Shown here in pieces: positions 1-12,068 of a DNA stretch of 64,000 bases (the stretch's first letter is position 1; each line of letters begins with the position of its first letter). Below the pieces are notes generated by a model. The model was given only the letters and a program-made list of their open reading frames with translations, was not told the origin of the DNA and ran no database searches. A program made the position numbers and the translations under genes. Source of the DNA: Amoebophrya sp. A120. Taxonomy: Eukaryota > Protista > Dinoflagellata. The stretch lies in NCBI GenBank assembly GCA_905178155.1, contig CAJINV010000010.1, positions 3,802,587 through 3,866,586 on the forward strand, read 5' to 3'.

Positions 1-1453
1 GTGGCGCCGAATGTCGTCACCTACACCTCGCTTATCCTGCGCAAAAGTATCGTAGTCGTACTAATTGCAAATATGCATGACAAATCTCCTTCCTAAGGTA
101 AAACAGCATTACAAATTCCACTTTTCTTCTTGCCAAAATTTGTGATGCAATTTATACTAGTACGATACTTTTGCAATGCATATCGCTAGTGGATGCCTGC
201 GCTAAGAGTGGCAACGTTCGGGGCGCATACGATGTGTTTCAAATGATGCAAGACGAAGGCGTGGCGCCGAATCTCTTCACCTACACCGCGCTGCTGGGTG
301 CGCACATGGACGCGGCCGCCGCGGAAAACGACAAGAAAATCCGTGGCGACATTATCCGGGATATTCTACTTAAAAACGTACTTACCCACCCCATAGTCAA
401 GATCGGGAATCGGCTAGACAAATCCACAAGCTTTGGCTGTTTCGCATGACAAATTTGGACGCGTAGTGCTGTTTGAGCTAGTTCAGCAGCATTACAGATC
501 TAATCTCTCATGCTGATTGGAGCATGACAAATTTCAAAACACCATTAGAAAATGCTTCTCGTGGGGCTCCGCATGAGAAACATTTTAAGCATGCAGATTT
601 GCATGACAACTATGGCGTGGGGACGTTTTTACACAGGATACGGGACGGCATTGGCCAGCTGCTGGACTTGATGCTAAGAGCCGAAAATTGGAGGCCTAAC
701 GATGCTTATGAAATGCGAATATGTCATCTGGGTCTGGAAGGTTCTTGCAACTTGTGATGCTAAATCTGAATCACGCAAAAAATCTGTGTTGCATGTTTAC
801 CTACAGCCGTCCTTTTTTACCAAGTTGAGAGGGAATTTCTCATGCAGGATAGGCATGATCGAGATCTCACAGAATTTGTCATCCTAGGTGCTGCATTCCA
901 GACCTCATGGGTCATGGAAAACCTACATGACAAATCTGGCATCCTTCCAGACCCAGACATATTTGCACTGGATATTGCTACCTTCCGAAGTATTTTCCAA
1001 CGCCAGTATGATAGGATGGGCAGGACAGAGGAGGCCAGGAAGCTGGTCCGCGAAATGGAGTATCAAGTGCGAATGTGTCTGGGTCTGGAAGATTGCTGAG
1101 GTTTGCGATGCAGTGTCTACTGCGTGGCCCAGTCCCAGAACATCCGCCACGCAAGTCCTAGCGTCACAGGTGTGCCTGAGACTGTTTCTTCAGGCCTAAT
1201 CCGCATGACAAATGCCTTCTGTTTTTGACAGCAAGAAGAGGGACTTTTGCTGCCCAAGCATGACAGATTTTTGGGTGATCTAAAATCTAAATGTGCACTA
1301 CAAGCTCACAGCTTCTTTATTCCAGCAGACCCAGACACACTTGCATTCGATATGGAAGCCGCGGCAGAAGCTGTAAGGGATGAGGCCATACTGGAGACAC
1401 CCGGTGCAGCCCAAAGCCACAGCACTGGCCTCCGTTCGTGCCCGCTGCCTTAA
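1..1453 (+). CDS. PPR protein, 3' part (duplicate of 10616-12068), interrupted by 4 introners
   Basis: Removing elements 33-182, 362-640, 707-974 and 1061-1352, each with one 5-bp TSD, gives a continuous frame VAPNVVTYTSLVDACAKSGNVRGAYDVFQMM...RSCPLP* (TAA ends at 1453), with P-type PPR motifs. Confidence 0.8.
33..182. mobile_element. Introner family C (about 150 bp; TIR TATNNNNGCAAAAGTATCGTA)
   Basis: TSD TCGCT at 28-32 and 183-187. Other copies start at 10648, 19847, 24631, 29780, 30974, 43162, 44234, 44903, 48872, 54349, 55076 and 58655. Confidence 0.9.
362..640. mobile_element. Introner family B (about 280 bp; TIR TATCCTGAGTAAAAACGTNCCCACACC)
   Basis: TSD CGGGA. Other copies start at 10977, 14915, 23477, 26651, 29342, 31543, 33899, 44445, 45106, 46846, 48368, 53951 and 57883, in both orientations. 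Confidence 0.9.
707..974. mobile_element. Introner family A (about 250-300 bp; TIR TATCAANTGCAAAAATGTCTGGGTCTGGAA), most abundant family
   Basis: TSD ATGCT/TTGCT. Other copies start at 1061, 15314, 19442, 20569, 26951, 28652, 29988, 31883, 32591, 34953, 42423, 43365, 45612, 46464, 47244, 47542, 47935, 49087, 53621, 54778, 56618, 57310 and 58293. Confidence 0.9.
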
Positions 1454-3197
1454 TCCACGTGAGGAAGTGCCGTCCAGTTGGGATCTGCTCGGCGGGGAAG
1501 CAGCGCTGGCTGTAATCTGGTAACCAAATGCGTGCGCGCGCGCGCGCAGAGCGCGCTGCGCTGCCACACTGCTTGGTCTTGCCGGTGCCTCCAGCTTTTG
1601 GGAGTGCAACGAACCCCGTCTGCCGTTTTTGTGACGAGTGTAGTTATACAACGCAGCGAGTTGCTGGTAAAAGAGGATCTCTGGAATTTAAATTTTTCAA
1701 AGCGGTAGATCACAAGCAAGAGCAACGATATGCATGTTTAAGAAAACAGACAACAAGAAGAGGCTATCATCTCCTGTGAAAAAAGACGCAAAACAAAAAT
1801 CACAAAGGGATAGATATATGAACAGCACTACGTGTATGATTTTTTTGATTTATTTAAAGGTATGAAACGGTATGAGATAGAGTGTAAACGACATCGAGGA
1901 TTTTCTCGGATCACGTCGTACCTAGGGCGACTGTGTTTCAAAAATGTAAATCTCGATCGGTCAATGCACGCTGGAACTAAAATGCTCACATCAAAAAACA
2001 CAAATCTGTAATGCAAATTTCGAAGAACCCACAGCACAAATTCGGAACAGAACTTTTTTACAAATCGTAGATGAAAATGCAACTCAAAGAAGTCGGCTCG
2101 TAGCAGAATGAAGGATGAACAGGATGTCGGTCTTTCGTATGAAATCGATCGCGCAAAAAAGAAGTGTCGTGCAGTGCTACTATGTCGTTTTCTATAGAGT
2201 TTAAAGTGCGTTTTCAAATATTTAGCTTTTCGGAATTGTCACACAACTGTCTCCCAGGGTCATGTCGTGCGCTTAAAGAATTCACGGTAGGCACGGTTAG
2301 ACTTTACCCCCCGAACCCGTTTGTTAACAGCTCTCGAGTACATGATCCAAAAAACTGCATGACAGATTTGAAAAAGCCGGTGATGATGATTTAGAGATTT
2401 GGAAAAAGGAGAAAAACAAAAACAACACCACGCGATGGGTTGAAAATAGGCTTGATGTGTTTTGATTTTTGTGTTCTGCCCTTTTTACATGACCAGTAGA
2501 CAGAGCAAAGGTAAGACTCTCGAGAAATATAGAGTGTTGGTTCGTCTTCTCGCTTTAACAAGTGTTTGGGACCAAACGAGAACAAAGTAGTCCCCGACAG
2601 GAGGGACCAGGACAAACGCAAACTTCGCCTTAACAACTTTTTGCACGGTCGTGTTTATCTAGCAGTGCCGCTATTTTCTTTTTTTTGGTGATCCGCATCC
2701 TCTACTGTTTCTTCTTATGCATCTTCGCCTCGGAGACGGAGGTAGTGGAAGAGGTAGTTTTCTTTCAGATCCGTTTTGAATTCACTTTTGTCTCTGAGAT
2801 TCAAATTGTATGGTCGTTGTGTTCGTGCGTCGTGCTTTCGTTTTCCTTTTCAAAATCGCTTTTGAGATGGTCGTGGACCATAATTTTCCGGCGCACGAAG
2901 ATCTGCTTTCTGGTTTTTCTGATCTTCTAGTCTTCCGCTCTGATCTTCCAAATATTCGCGAAAATGCTACTGGAAAAGATGTTGACGCTGCCACGATTTG
3001 TGACGGAGGTTGTCTTCTGCGCCACAGAGCAGTATTCTCAGAAACGCGGTTCGAAATCATGTATACGAAGACCAGCGCTATTCGGTTTCGAATCCGATTC
3101 GAGTTACTGTTTCTTGCGGAGGCACCGAAGTTGTAATTGAAATTCAAATATAGTACTTGTTACCATTAATAGTCGAGAACTAGATCTTCACTTCATC

Positions 3198-4180
3198 ATG
3201 GCCTCTTCTACGCTCCTTCCACCCGTGCTCGGGCTTGCCTTCGGGATTACCCTCCGCTATCTTTGGTTTTCGATGCTCGACGCGAACTATGCAGATAGAG
3301 GACAACTATTTCCACACCACCTCATCGCTTGTTGAAGGGCATTTTTCACAGCAAGGAAGACAAAGTTGAGAGTGCAGGTGTTGCATGACAAACTCAGGCC
3401 AGGACTGTATTTCCGTTTGGGATCTAAGTGCTTCAATATTGCGAAAAATACACTTGTGAGTTAGGAAAAGAAAAGTTGTCATGCTAGTACTGCCAAACGG
3501 CAGTGACAGGATTTGGAATTTTGCATGGCAAATGAGGAGGGGGGGACGAGTGATTTTACCATTTTCATACGAGCCACTCCATTCTTGAGGACGAACCCGA
3601 GCTGAATAGCCTATCTAAGCGGAAAATTCAAATTGTGTTTTTAGTGGTCGCACTTTGATGTATTGATGCAGGACATGCAAATGCATTTGATGGGTTGCGT
3701 TGGTTTGTCCTTCAAAGGAAGCGTTGGACGACGAGGGAGTGTTGGGTCGTCCTTCGCCTTTCAAGCGGCGCGTTTGGAGCAGTTGGACGTAGTCTCTGCA
3801 CATGACAAACTTTTGCTGTCATAGCAGACAGATTTGTGATGCTGTTTAATATATGTCCCTGAACAACAATTACTTAAAGCTACACTGAAACTACACTTTG
3901 ACTTTTTTCTTACATACCCCCCAATTACGAGTTACCAGCGGTTCCGCGAGACTGCTTTTTTGTACGAGCACGTGCACAAGTTCGACTTGGAAAAGCTTTA
4001 CCAGCCGTACCAAAATCTGAACTACCTGCCACCCCTCTTGTTCCTCTTTTTGTACCACGGGACTGCGACCGTCTTTCCGCACGACTTGTCCTCCTCCAAG
4101 TTGCTGTACTGGTGGTTCCTGTGCGGCGTCGACGTGTGCGTGTTTCTGTTGCTATTTTTGCTCGCGAAATGGAAAATCAC
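3198..4180 (+). CDS. PIGU: PIG-U 5' part (duplicate copy, truncated by the gap)
   Basis: Same sequence as 13813-14795, with introners at 3288-3569 and 3612-3916. Confidence 0.6.
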
Positions 4181-4280
4181 NNNNNNNNNNNNNNNNNNNN
4201 NNNNNNNNNNNNNNNNNNNNNNNNNNNNNNNNNNNNNNNNNNNNNNNNNNNNNNNNNNNNNNNNNNNNNNNNNNNNNNNN

Positions 4281-4720
4281 ACGACAACAAAAATTTCGAC
4301 TACTACCGTGAAAGCACCATCCAAAGTCTCTTACCTTACTCACTAGAAGAGCGCGCAAGCTACCGTAAGCAAATAGTAGAACAGAGCGAGGAGATCTCCA
4401 AGCTGCGCCTCGAAAAGGAGTATTTGAAAAAACAGAGCGGCGAGGTGTGCGCCGCGAGCCAGGAACTCGGCAAGCTGCTCGATCCTCCTAGTTTTAATTC
4501 TGGCATGCTACCGCCAACGGCGGTGATAGGTAACTTAGAACGCGAGCTGCACTATGCAAAACAGCTGCTCACGAAGATGGGCCGCGCGCGCTACTTCAAC
4601 GAGCACGAAAACCTTGTGTACAAGGTGGAGAAATTTGTAGACGGGAAATTCACGCACCGAAGCCACTTCGGCACGCCGCCCTTGCAAACCACTTTCAACA
4701 CCTTCGGTAAACCACACTAA
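4281..4720 (+). CDS. Hypothetical coiled-coil protein fragment (5' end in the gap)
   Basis: Open frame with heptad-like EERASYRKQIVEQSEEISKLRLEKEYLKK; no introners; no recognisable family. Confidence 0.4.
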
Positions 4721-5565
4721 GCTACAAGTGCGATGCTAAGTTTCTTCTTAGAAAGACAAGTGACTCTGTTACAACACGAAATACGCAAAATACTAATACT
4801 ACGTAGCTTTCTTTTTCTTTTCCAAAACAGCACTCCGGTTCCGCCGCAGCGAACTATGGGGGCGAGCCGACGAGTGCGGACTTATCCTCCCACAACTAAA
4901 CCACGACTAGCAGAGAAGAAAACTAGGAACCGCTGCAACCTCGCGAGCCGCAAAGTGCAGTACTCCGACACGTGCTGGGTGCTGGGCAATTTGATCGAAA
5001 GCGCCAGTGTCGGAACCGATTGGACTTCAAGTGACGAATTGTGCTACGCGCTCGAGGAAATCGCACTTCGCGAGAAGCGGAGCGCGTCAACAATTTTCCG
5101 AGCGACACGCAGGGGCCCGGACACAGAAATTTCAACGTCGCTTCGGCAATTTTCAAATCCGATCCGTGGTGCATTGCAAAGACCAAAAACTACTGAGTGG
5201 CAGTTGTTACAATCAGCGACGGATTTGAAAATTATCTTGAAGCTTTCTCGTGAGCCGGTCCTACTGCAAATAGCACGCGCAGGACCGAACCCGGCGCCAC
5301 TAAAACAAGTCTACTTCGCATTCGAAATCGAGACGATCACGAGGAAAGCAGCCCTGCAAATAGTCGCAAGCTTGTGCGTGGCGGTACGCGCGGCCGAGGC
5401 GCAGGATGTAAAAGAAGTTTTCTTCCTCCGTCCGTGAAGTCGAACAGCAAGTAAGCGACGCGATCCTGTATCCGGGGCACAATCAGCCCCCGCTCGAAGC
5501 CTGGCTGCAGAAATCTCCGATCTTCTTCCGCCACTACTGCAAACTCCCGCTCTTCTTCGACGCCG

Positions 5566-6312
5566 ATGTCAAGCGAAGCCGAAATCTTCAAGATCGAACC
5601 AGGATTCGCATGTCACGCGCAAACCCCTGGCACACAGCAAACCACACAAGACTCCGGGTCCCGGTCAACTACGCAGCGGCAAATCCCGCAACCGCTGCTG
5701 CCAGCTGGGTCAGCAAGTCAGCAGGGACAACCCGGAGCGGTGCCTGTGCACCAAAGCGGAAAAATGCCAGGAAATCCAGTCGACGTCGAGTACATGAAGA
5801 TGTGGTATCCCGAAACGGCTGGAAAAATTGAGAAGGAGTTGGACGACAAGCAGGCACAAATCGCGAAATTGCAAGAGCAAGTCGAGTTGTACAGGCAGAC
5901 GTCGCAGAAATTGACCCAGGCGCTGCATTCGATGGCAAACCGGCAAACTCGAATGCAAACGCACGGGAAGATGCTGCAGCAAGAAATGCTGCAACTGTTT
6001 TATGACGACAAGATTACTAAAGACGATTGCCAAGCTAATCCTTTGCTTCTCGACTGCTTATACAGCCAAATCTGGTATGAGTACTCTGATTACAGCACTC
6101 AAATTTTAAAAAAATTTCACATATTCTTTTCAAGTAGTGAAAAATTTTTTTCTTCAAGCGGGGGGATGGATGTAGCGACGGGTGTCCATAGAAACCGTCT
6201 GCGCACCATTCTCACCGTGTTCGAAGCGCAAAATAGCATTACAGATTTGCGAGGACAACGCGAAAAGATCTTTTCTCCGCAGCAACAAACTCCACTCAAC
6301 AATGAAAAATGA
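5566..6312 (+). CDS. Hypothetical protein, 248 aa, Q-rich N-terminus plus coiled coil
   Basis: ATG-initiated ORF containing KIEKELDDKQAQIAKLQEQVELYRQ; no homology recognised. Confidence 0.45.
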   Translation: MSSEAEIFKIEPGFACHAQTPGTQQTTQDSGSRSTTQRQIPQPLLPAGSASQQGQPGAVPVHQSGKMPGNPVDVEYMKMWYPETAGKIEKELDDKQAQIAKLQEQVELYRQTSQKLTQALHSMANRQTRMQTHGKMLQQEMLQLFYDDKITKDDCQANPLLLDCLYSQIWYEYSDYSTQILKKFHIFFSSSEKFFSSSGGMDVATGVHRNRLRTILTVFEAQNSITDLRGQREKIFSPQQQTPLNNEK

Positions 6313-6875
6313 AGTAGATCACGAAATTCCTCTTGTGTGCGAAAAAATGAAGCAGCAGTTTTCCAACACTAGAAATTGTAATCTGGACTTCATTGCACGC
6401 GAAATTGACGAGGCAAAAACAATGACGATGAATTTGTGTTCCTTTCAGAAACCATTTCGAACCCAAAAACAGTTAGGAACTTTGAGACTACGACGTGCCG
6501 CAAACTGCACTGTGCACGCCTGTAAATCTTGAAGCGACGACATCTATGATAAGAACTGGAAGGGAAAAATACAATTGAGAACTCTTGTTCTCCGTGAATT
6601 CATCTTCACGAGAAATTTGCATTCTGTGTTCCACTAAGCACTTTTGCTACAGGTCTTTAATATTCGCAAAGGAGAACATGAACAAGAGCACGAATAAATT
6701 GAGGCTCATGGAGATCTCCCCACCGGGCGATCATCCAATCGGGAAGCAAAAATGATCAGGATGAAATTTGACAAATTTTAAAGATCGCTATTAAGTACTT
6801 ACTTTTGTCGGTTGCTCTACCGCGGACAGAGTGCAGCATCAAATGCGACGTAATTTTTGCTGCACTTCTTTGCCT

Positions 6876-8474
6876 GCCAAATCTTCCTTTCGACTCGGGC
6901 AAGGATTCGGCCGTGGCGGATGATAGAAGACATACTCACCAGAAGGAAATTGTAGCAGATACTTCGCGAATTTAAGCAGATCCAAAAGTTGCCGCTTTCT
7001 AGCAGGTCCAGGGGGCACTCCCCGTGACGTCCTGGCTGCATGCTGGAGATGAAGCTTACCGCTGAATCCGCTTGCGCGAGGGTTACGCACTCGCTTGGGC
7101 CGATAGGGCTATTAGAGAGGGCGACTGAGAAGGGCGGTCGGCCCCTCCAGCCAACAAAATTCGGTATTGCTGCCCCCGTTGCCCTCTGACCTGCTTCTAG
7201 TATTTTTGCTGGAGCAGGCGCATTCTTTAGCCTCACCATGATGGTGCTCCATCTTCATTTTTGCGCTATGCAGCCTCACCTCGTGCGCCTGCGTTGCCTT
7301 GCCCCTGTTTTACGATGTGGCGTCGCGTTTTCAGTCTTTACGGCACATTTTTACGCCGCGACGTTTTTACTCGCGCGCGCCAAAGGTTTCGGCGCAGGGG
7401 TGTTGCGCGTTTCATAGGGTGGCCGGGAATAAAAAAAAAGAAGTCGACCCCTCCGCGCGGAGGGGTCGACTTCTTATTTTCGGAACGGCGCGCGCAGCGC
7501 GCCGAAAAATTTTTCGACTCGGGCACGGATTCGGCCGTGGCGGATGATAGAAGACATAAACATACTATCACAGGGAAAAGTGTAGACGTAGACGGTTTTA
7601 AGAAAATGCAGCAAAAAAATTTTGTGAGCACCCTAGAGCATATTACGAATGCCATAAAAACACGTGCTCACATGGCTAGCTATTGCGGGACTCCTTTGTA
7701 GCTGAATTCATTTACGCTAGCTAGTGCAAAAGGTCTGGGCGCCGTCCTGCCGATCCATCAAGTGCCGTTCGAGGAGACCCGTCTGGACAGCCACTGTTCC
7801 TGGCCCGCGGTCGTAACGCCTCAGAAACAGGTCGGCTGGGTGGAGTCTGCAACTTTCCGGCTGGGAGTCAGGCAATTCTCCGGCGGGAACGTCAGCAGGG
7901 TCTCCCTGCGAGAGGGCTGGGCCGCCGCAAATAAGGCGCTAACCCAGGTGGCGGAGGCGAAGCTGATTGACAGCGAAGAGATGCGCCTGCTCACGGGTCG
8001 CGAAACCCTCGCAGAAGCCCTGGCGAGCTGTGTTGATTGTCTCTAGGGAATACGTCTGCTGTTCAAATTTTGCGACTTATCTGCTCACCATTTTGAACAA
8101 AAAAGCCGGAGTTCGGAAATTCGCGAGAGATTGGAAATTTTGCCTGCCTCCAAGGCCAAATTTCCAAGGTACCCCAAAAACCGTCTACATCGACTCTAGA
8201 CTGCATGGCATGGTCCATGTAGACGGTCAAAAAGTGGCCCTGACCAACAAAAAACCCCAGAAAAACCGTCTACATCGCATCTAGACTGCGCGCTATGGTC
8301 GATTCAGGGGCTCCAAAAGGGTCACCAATCCCGGGACCCCGTTTTGGAAGGGCTGCGTCGACCATAGCAGGCAGTCTAGATGTTTTGCCAAATCTTCCTA
8401 GATGTAGATTCAAATGTTTTGCCAAATCTTCCTTTCGCGGGCAAGGATTCGGCCGTGGCGGATGATAGAAGACA
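6876..8474 (+). repeat. Three dispersed copies of GGATTCGGCCGTGGCGGATGATAGAAGACA
   Basis: Identical 30-mer at 6903, 7527 and 8445; copies 1 and 3 extend upstream (GCCAAATCTTCCTTTCG). Confidence 0.85.
7438..7475. repeat. Perfect 38-bp palindrome
   Basis: AAGAAGTCGACCCCTCCGC|GCGGAGGGGTCGACTTCTT. Confidence 0.95.
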
Positions 8475-8939
8475 AAAACATACAAGATTCCTCGTCCTGG
8501 ATGTACTTCGAGTAAGGAATGTATAAATCAAACGCGAGATCCACCTGATCCCTCAGTCGACTTTCGAGAGTTCTGCTCGCTCGGGGTAGTTGAAGGTCAA
8601 TACAATACAACGGGGAGGAAGTTGGACAACTAAAATGTTGCGTAACAAAAAACACAAACCTTCGGCACAGACACAGGACAAAATTTTGCTTTGTGTTACT
8701 TTCAAGCTATTTCTTTGCGAGACACCTACTGATCGGTCTACGAACTGCAAAAGGGTATAGCGAATTCATCTTCTGAAGCTGTAATTGCTCATTATAAAAA
8801 GACAAACGCCGCCTGTGTCAAGACGCTCTTCTTGACTTCTTCTTTCCCAAGCATTTCACTACTCATACAATTGTACTTTATCTGCTGCTGAGTCGTTGTT
8901 TTTTTCGTTGAATTACTTTCAGAAAACATAAACATCATC

Positions 8940-11900
8940 ATGGTCTCCGTGGTCTTTCGTCGCGTGCTTGCCGCTGCCGGCAGCATGTCCGTCTACTTGC
9001 ACGGAGAAGCGGTTCTGAAAGGGTTGCTGGGAGGTGGACATCGAGCCACTTTCTCGGAAATAACCAGTCTTCGGACCATGAGCAACGTGTTGAATGTTGG
9101 CCAGCACTTTGACGTTCATCCGGGCCTTGTGGTTGCCGTCCAGTTGCGGTCCCGGCCGGGAAGCAGCGGCGATGGGAAGAACTGGAATGGTAAAAAGCAG
9201 TCGAAAGGAAAGGGGCGGGGTCGGGGGCGAGGGGACGACGGCGGCAAGGGTGGTGGAAAAGGAAAGGTGGAGAGCTGCAACGTATTACAATGAAAAACGA
9301 TCGTCCCACGACGACCCCAGACGTTTCAGATATTTGTGTATGCATATTAAGGTTTTCAAATGCAAAACTCTTTACTTATCAATCTATGCATGCTTGGATC
9401 GGAAGACTGCCCCTGCTACTGCTTTCGATTGTTCTAAGTGTGCAAAGCAGCTCTTACACTACAAGCCCTCCTTGTGCTGGGCCTTTTTGCAAGACAAATT
9501 TTTGCTATCCTGGGTTGAACATTTATCGTCATGCAAATGAAAGGTCGCAAATGTTTCCATTGGTAACTTTGCAATACAAACGCTTCCACATTCTGGCGTT
9601 GGGGCACTTTTCGTTGTAATACAACGGAGATCCTAAGAAAGACCCGTGCCACGAGCGCTATATTTCGAAGCTACAGACTTACGCAAACACAGGCAATATT
9701 GAGGGCGCAGAAGCTGTTTTCAAGCTCATCCAACGAGACGCACACCTGTGCTTTACTGCCATCCACTACGACATGCTGATCAGCGCCTACGCCAAAAGGG
9801 GCCTTGTTTGGGGCGCAATAAATGTTATTCAGAGGATGCGCCAAGAAGAAAACATGGCGCCGACTGTCGTCACCTACAAGTCTTTGCTGACCTGCTACGC
9901 CAATGCGGGCAAACTGGAACGGAACTCAGACAGCACGCCAGAGGCTGTTCTGTCTGAGATGATGGAGTGCGACGGGGTGGCGCCGCATGTCGTCCTGAGG
10001 ACGCTTCTGAATGCCTACGCTGAGAGAGGCAACGGCCCGGGCGCAGACCGTGTTTTCCGAATAATGAAAGACGCACCAGGCCCGGCGCCGGATGTCGTCA
10101 CCTACAACATCCTTATCAAAGCCCACGTTCGGAATCGCGACGTTGATAGCGCATACGGCGTGCTTCAAATCATGAGAGACGCACGCGCGGCGCCGGACGT
10201 CCGCACCTACACCGCGCTAGTGGATGCCTGCGCTAGGAGTGGCAACGTTCGGGGCGCATACGAGTTGTTTCAAATGATGCAAGACGAAGGCGTGGCGCCA
10301 AATGTCGTCACCTACAACGTTCTCATAGCAGCCCACGCTCGGAAACGCGACGAACGGGGTCGTGCATGGGATGTGTTTCAAATGATGACAGACGCAGGCG
10401 TATCACGAGAAAAAAGTGTTACAGTAACACATTTGTTGGAGTTTCTGCATCACAAATTTTCTCTGCGTGGCAGAGAAAACTTGTAATGCGAAGATCATAA
10501 GGGAACACAGGAAGGAAACGAGGCTCCCAAGCATTTCCTGCATGAGAGAGGTTGTCTGTGTTGCCGGTCTTGCAACACAATGTGTAACTGTAACACTTTT
10601 TTCTTGCGATAAGGCGTGGCGCCGAATGTCGTCACCTACACCTCGCTTATCCTGCGCAAAAGTATCGTAGTCGTACTAATTGCAAATATGCATGACAAAT
10701 CTCCTTCCTAAGGTAAAACAGCATTACAAATTCCACTTTTCTTCTTGCCAAAATTTGTGATGCAATTTATACTAGTACGATACTTTTGCAATGCATATCG
10801 CTAGTGGATGCCTGCGCTAAGAGTGGCAACGTTCGGGGCGCATACGATGTGTTTCAAATGATGCAAGACGAAGGCGTGGCGCCGAATCTCTTCACCTACA
10901 CCGCGCTGCTGGGTGCGCACATGGACGCGGCCGCCGCGGAAAACGACAAGAAAATCCGTGGCGACATTATCCGGGATATTCTACTTAAAAACGTACTTAC
11001 CCACCCCATAGTCAAGATCGGGAATCGGCTAGACAAATCCACAAGCTTTGGCTGTTTCGCATGACAAATTTGGACGCGTAGTGCTGTTTGAGCTAGTTCA
11101 GCAGCATTACAGATCTAATCTCTCATGCTGATTGGAGCATGACAAATTTCAAAACACCATTAGAAAATGCTTCTCGTGGGGCTCCGCATGAGAAACATTT
11201 TAAGCATGCAGATTTGCATGACAACTATGGCGTGGGGACGTTTTTACACAGGATACGGGACGGCATTGGCCAGCTGCTGGACTTGATGCTAAGAGCCGAA
11301 AATTGGAGGCCTAACGATGCTTATGAAATGCGAATATGTCATCTGGGTCTGGAAGGTTCTTGCAACTTGTGATGCTAAATCTGAATCACGCAAAAAATCT
11401 GTGTTGCATGTTTACCTACAGCCGTCCTTTTTTACCAAGTTGAGAGGGAATTTCTCATGCAGGATAGGCATGATCGAGATCTCACAGAATTTGTCATCCT
11501 AGGTGCTGCATTCCAGACCTCATGGGTCATGGAAAACCTACATGACAAATCTGGCATCCTTCCAGACCCAGACATATTTGCACTGGATATTGCTACCTTC
11601 CGAAGTATTTTCCAACGCCAGTATGATAGGATGGGCAGGACAGAGGAGGCCAGGAAGCTGGTCCGCGAAATGGAGTATCAAGTGCGAATGTGTCTGGGTC
11701 TGGAAGATTGCTGAGGTTTGCGATGCAGTGTCTACTGCGTGGCCCAGTCCCAGAACATCCGCCACGCAAGTCCTAGCGTCACAGGTGTGCCTGAGACTGT
11801 TTCTTCAGGCCTAATCCGCATGACAAATGCCTTCTGTTTTTGACAGCAAGAAGAGGGACTTTTGCTGCCCAAGCATGACAGATTTTTGGGTGATCTAAAA

Positions 11901-12068
11901 TCTAAATGTGCACTACAAGCTCACAGCTTCTTTATTCCAGCAGACCCAGACACACTTGCATTCGATATGGAAGCCGCGGCAGAAGCTGTAAGGGATGAGG
12001 CCATACTGGAGACACCCGGTGCAGCCCAAAGCCACAGCACTGGCCTCCGTTCGTGCCCGCTGCCTTAA
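8940..12068 (+). CDS. Pentatricopeptide repeat (PPR) protein, possibly mitochondrial, with 6 introner introns
   Basis: Starts MVSVVFRRVLAAAG. Removing 9283-9621 (TSD CAACG), 10401-10611 (AGGCG), 10648-10797, 10977-11255, 11322-11589 and 11676-11967 gives one frame with tandem PPRs (PDVVTYNILIKAH, PDVRTYTALVDACARSG). Confidence 0.88.
9283..9621. mobile_element. Introner family E (about 320-390 bp; TIR TATTACANTGAAAA)
   Basis: TSD CAACG. Related copies at 18873-19258 (AGTTT) and 41998-42318 (GTCTC). Confidence 0.85.
10401..10611. mobile_element. Introner (TIR TATCNCNAGAAAAAAGTGTTACAGT)
   Basis: About 30-bp TIR and TSD AGGCG; removal restores DAGVAPNVVTY. Confidence 0.85.

Larger units (their letters stand above)
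1..4180. repeat. Near-identical duplicate of 10616-14795 (offset 10615), ending at a 100-N gap
   Basis: The ORF sets are identical. The only difference noticed is A at 3561 versus T at 14176. Confidence 0.9.

Noticed and set aside
1529-1562. (GC)n tract as a functional Z-DNA element
   Set aside because: Short simple repeat with no supporting context.
4281-8900. Autonomous transposase for the introners
   Set aside because: No recognisable catalytic motifs and no TAT...ATA TIRs flank the block.
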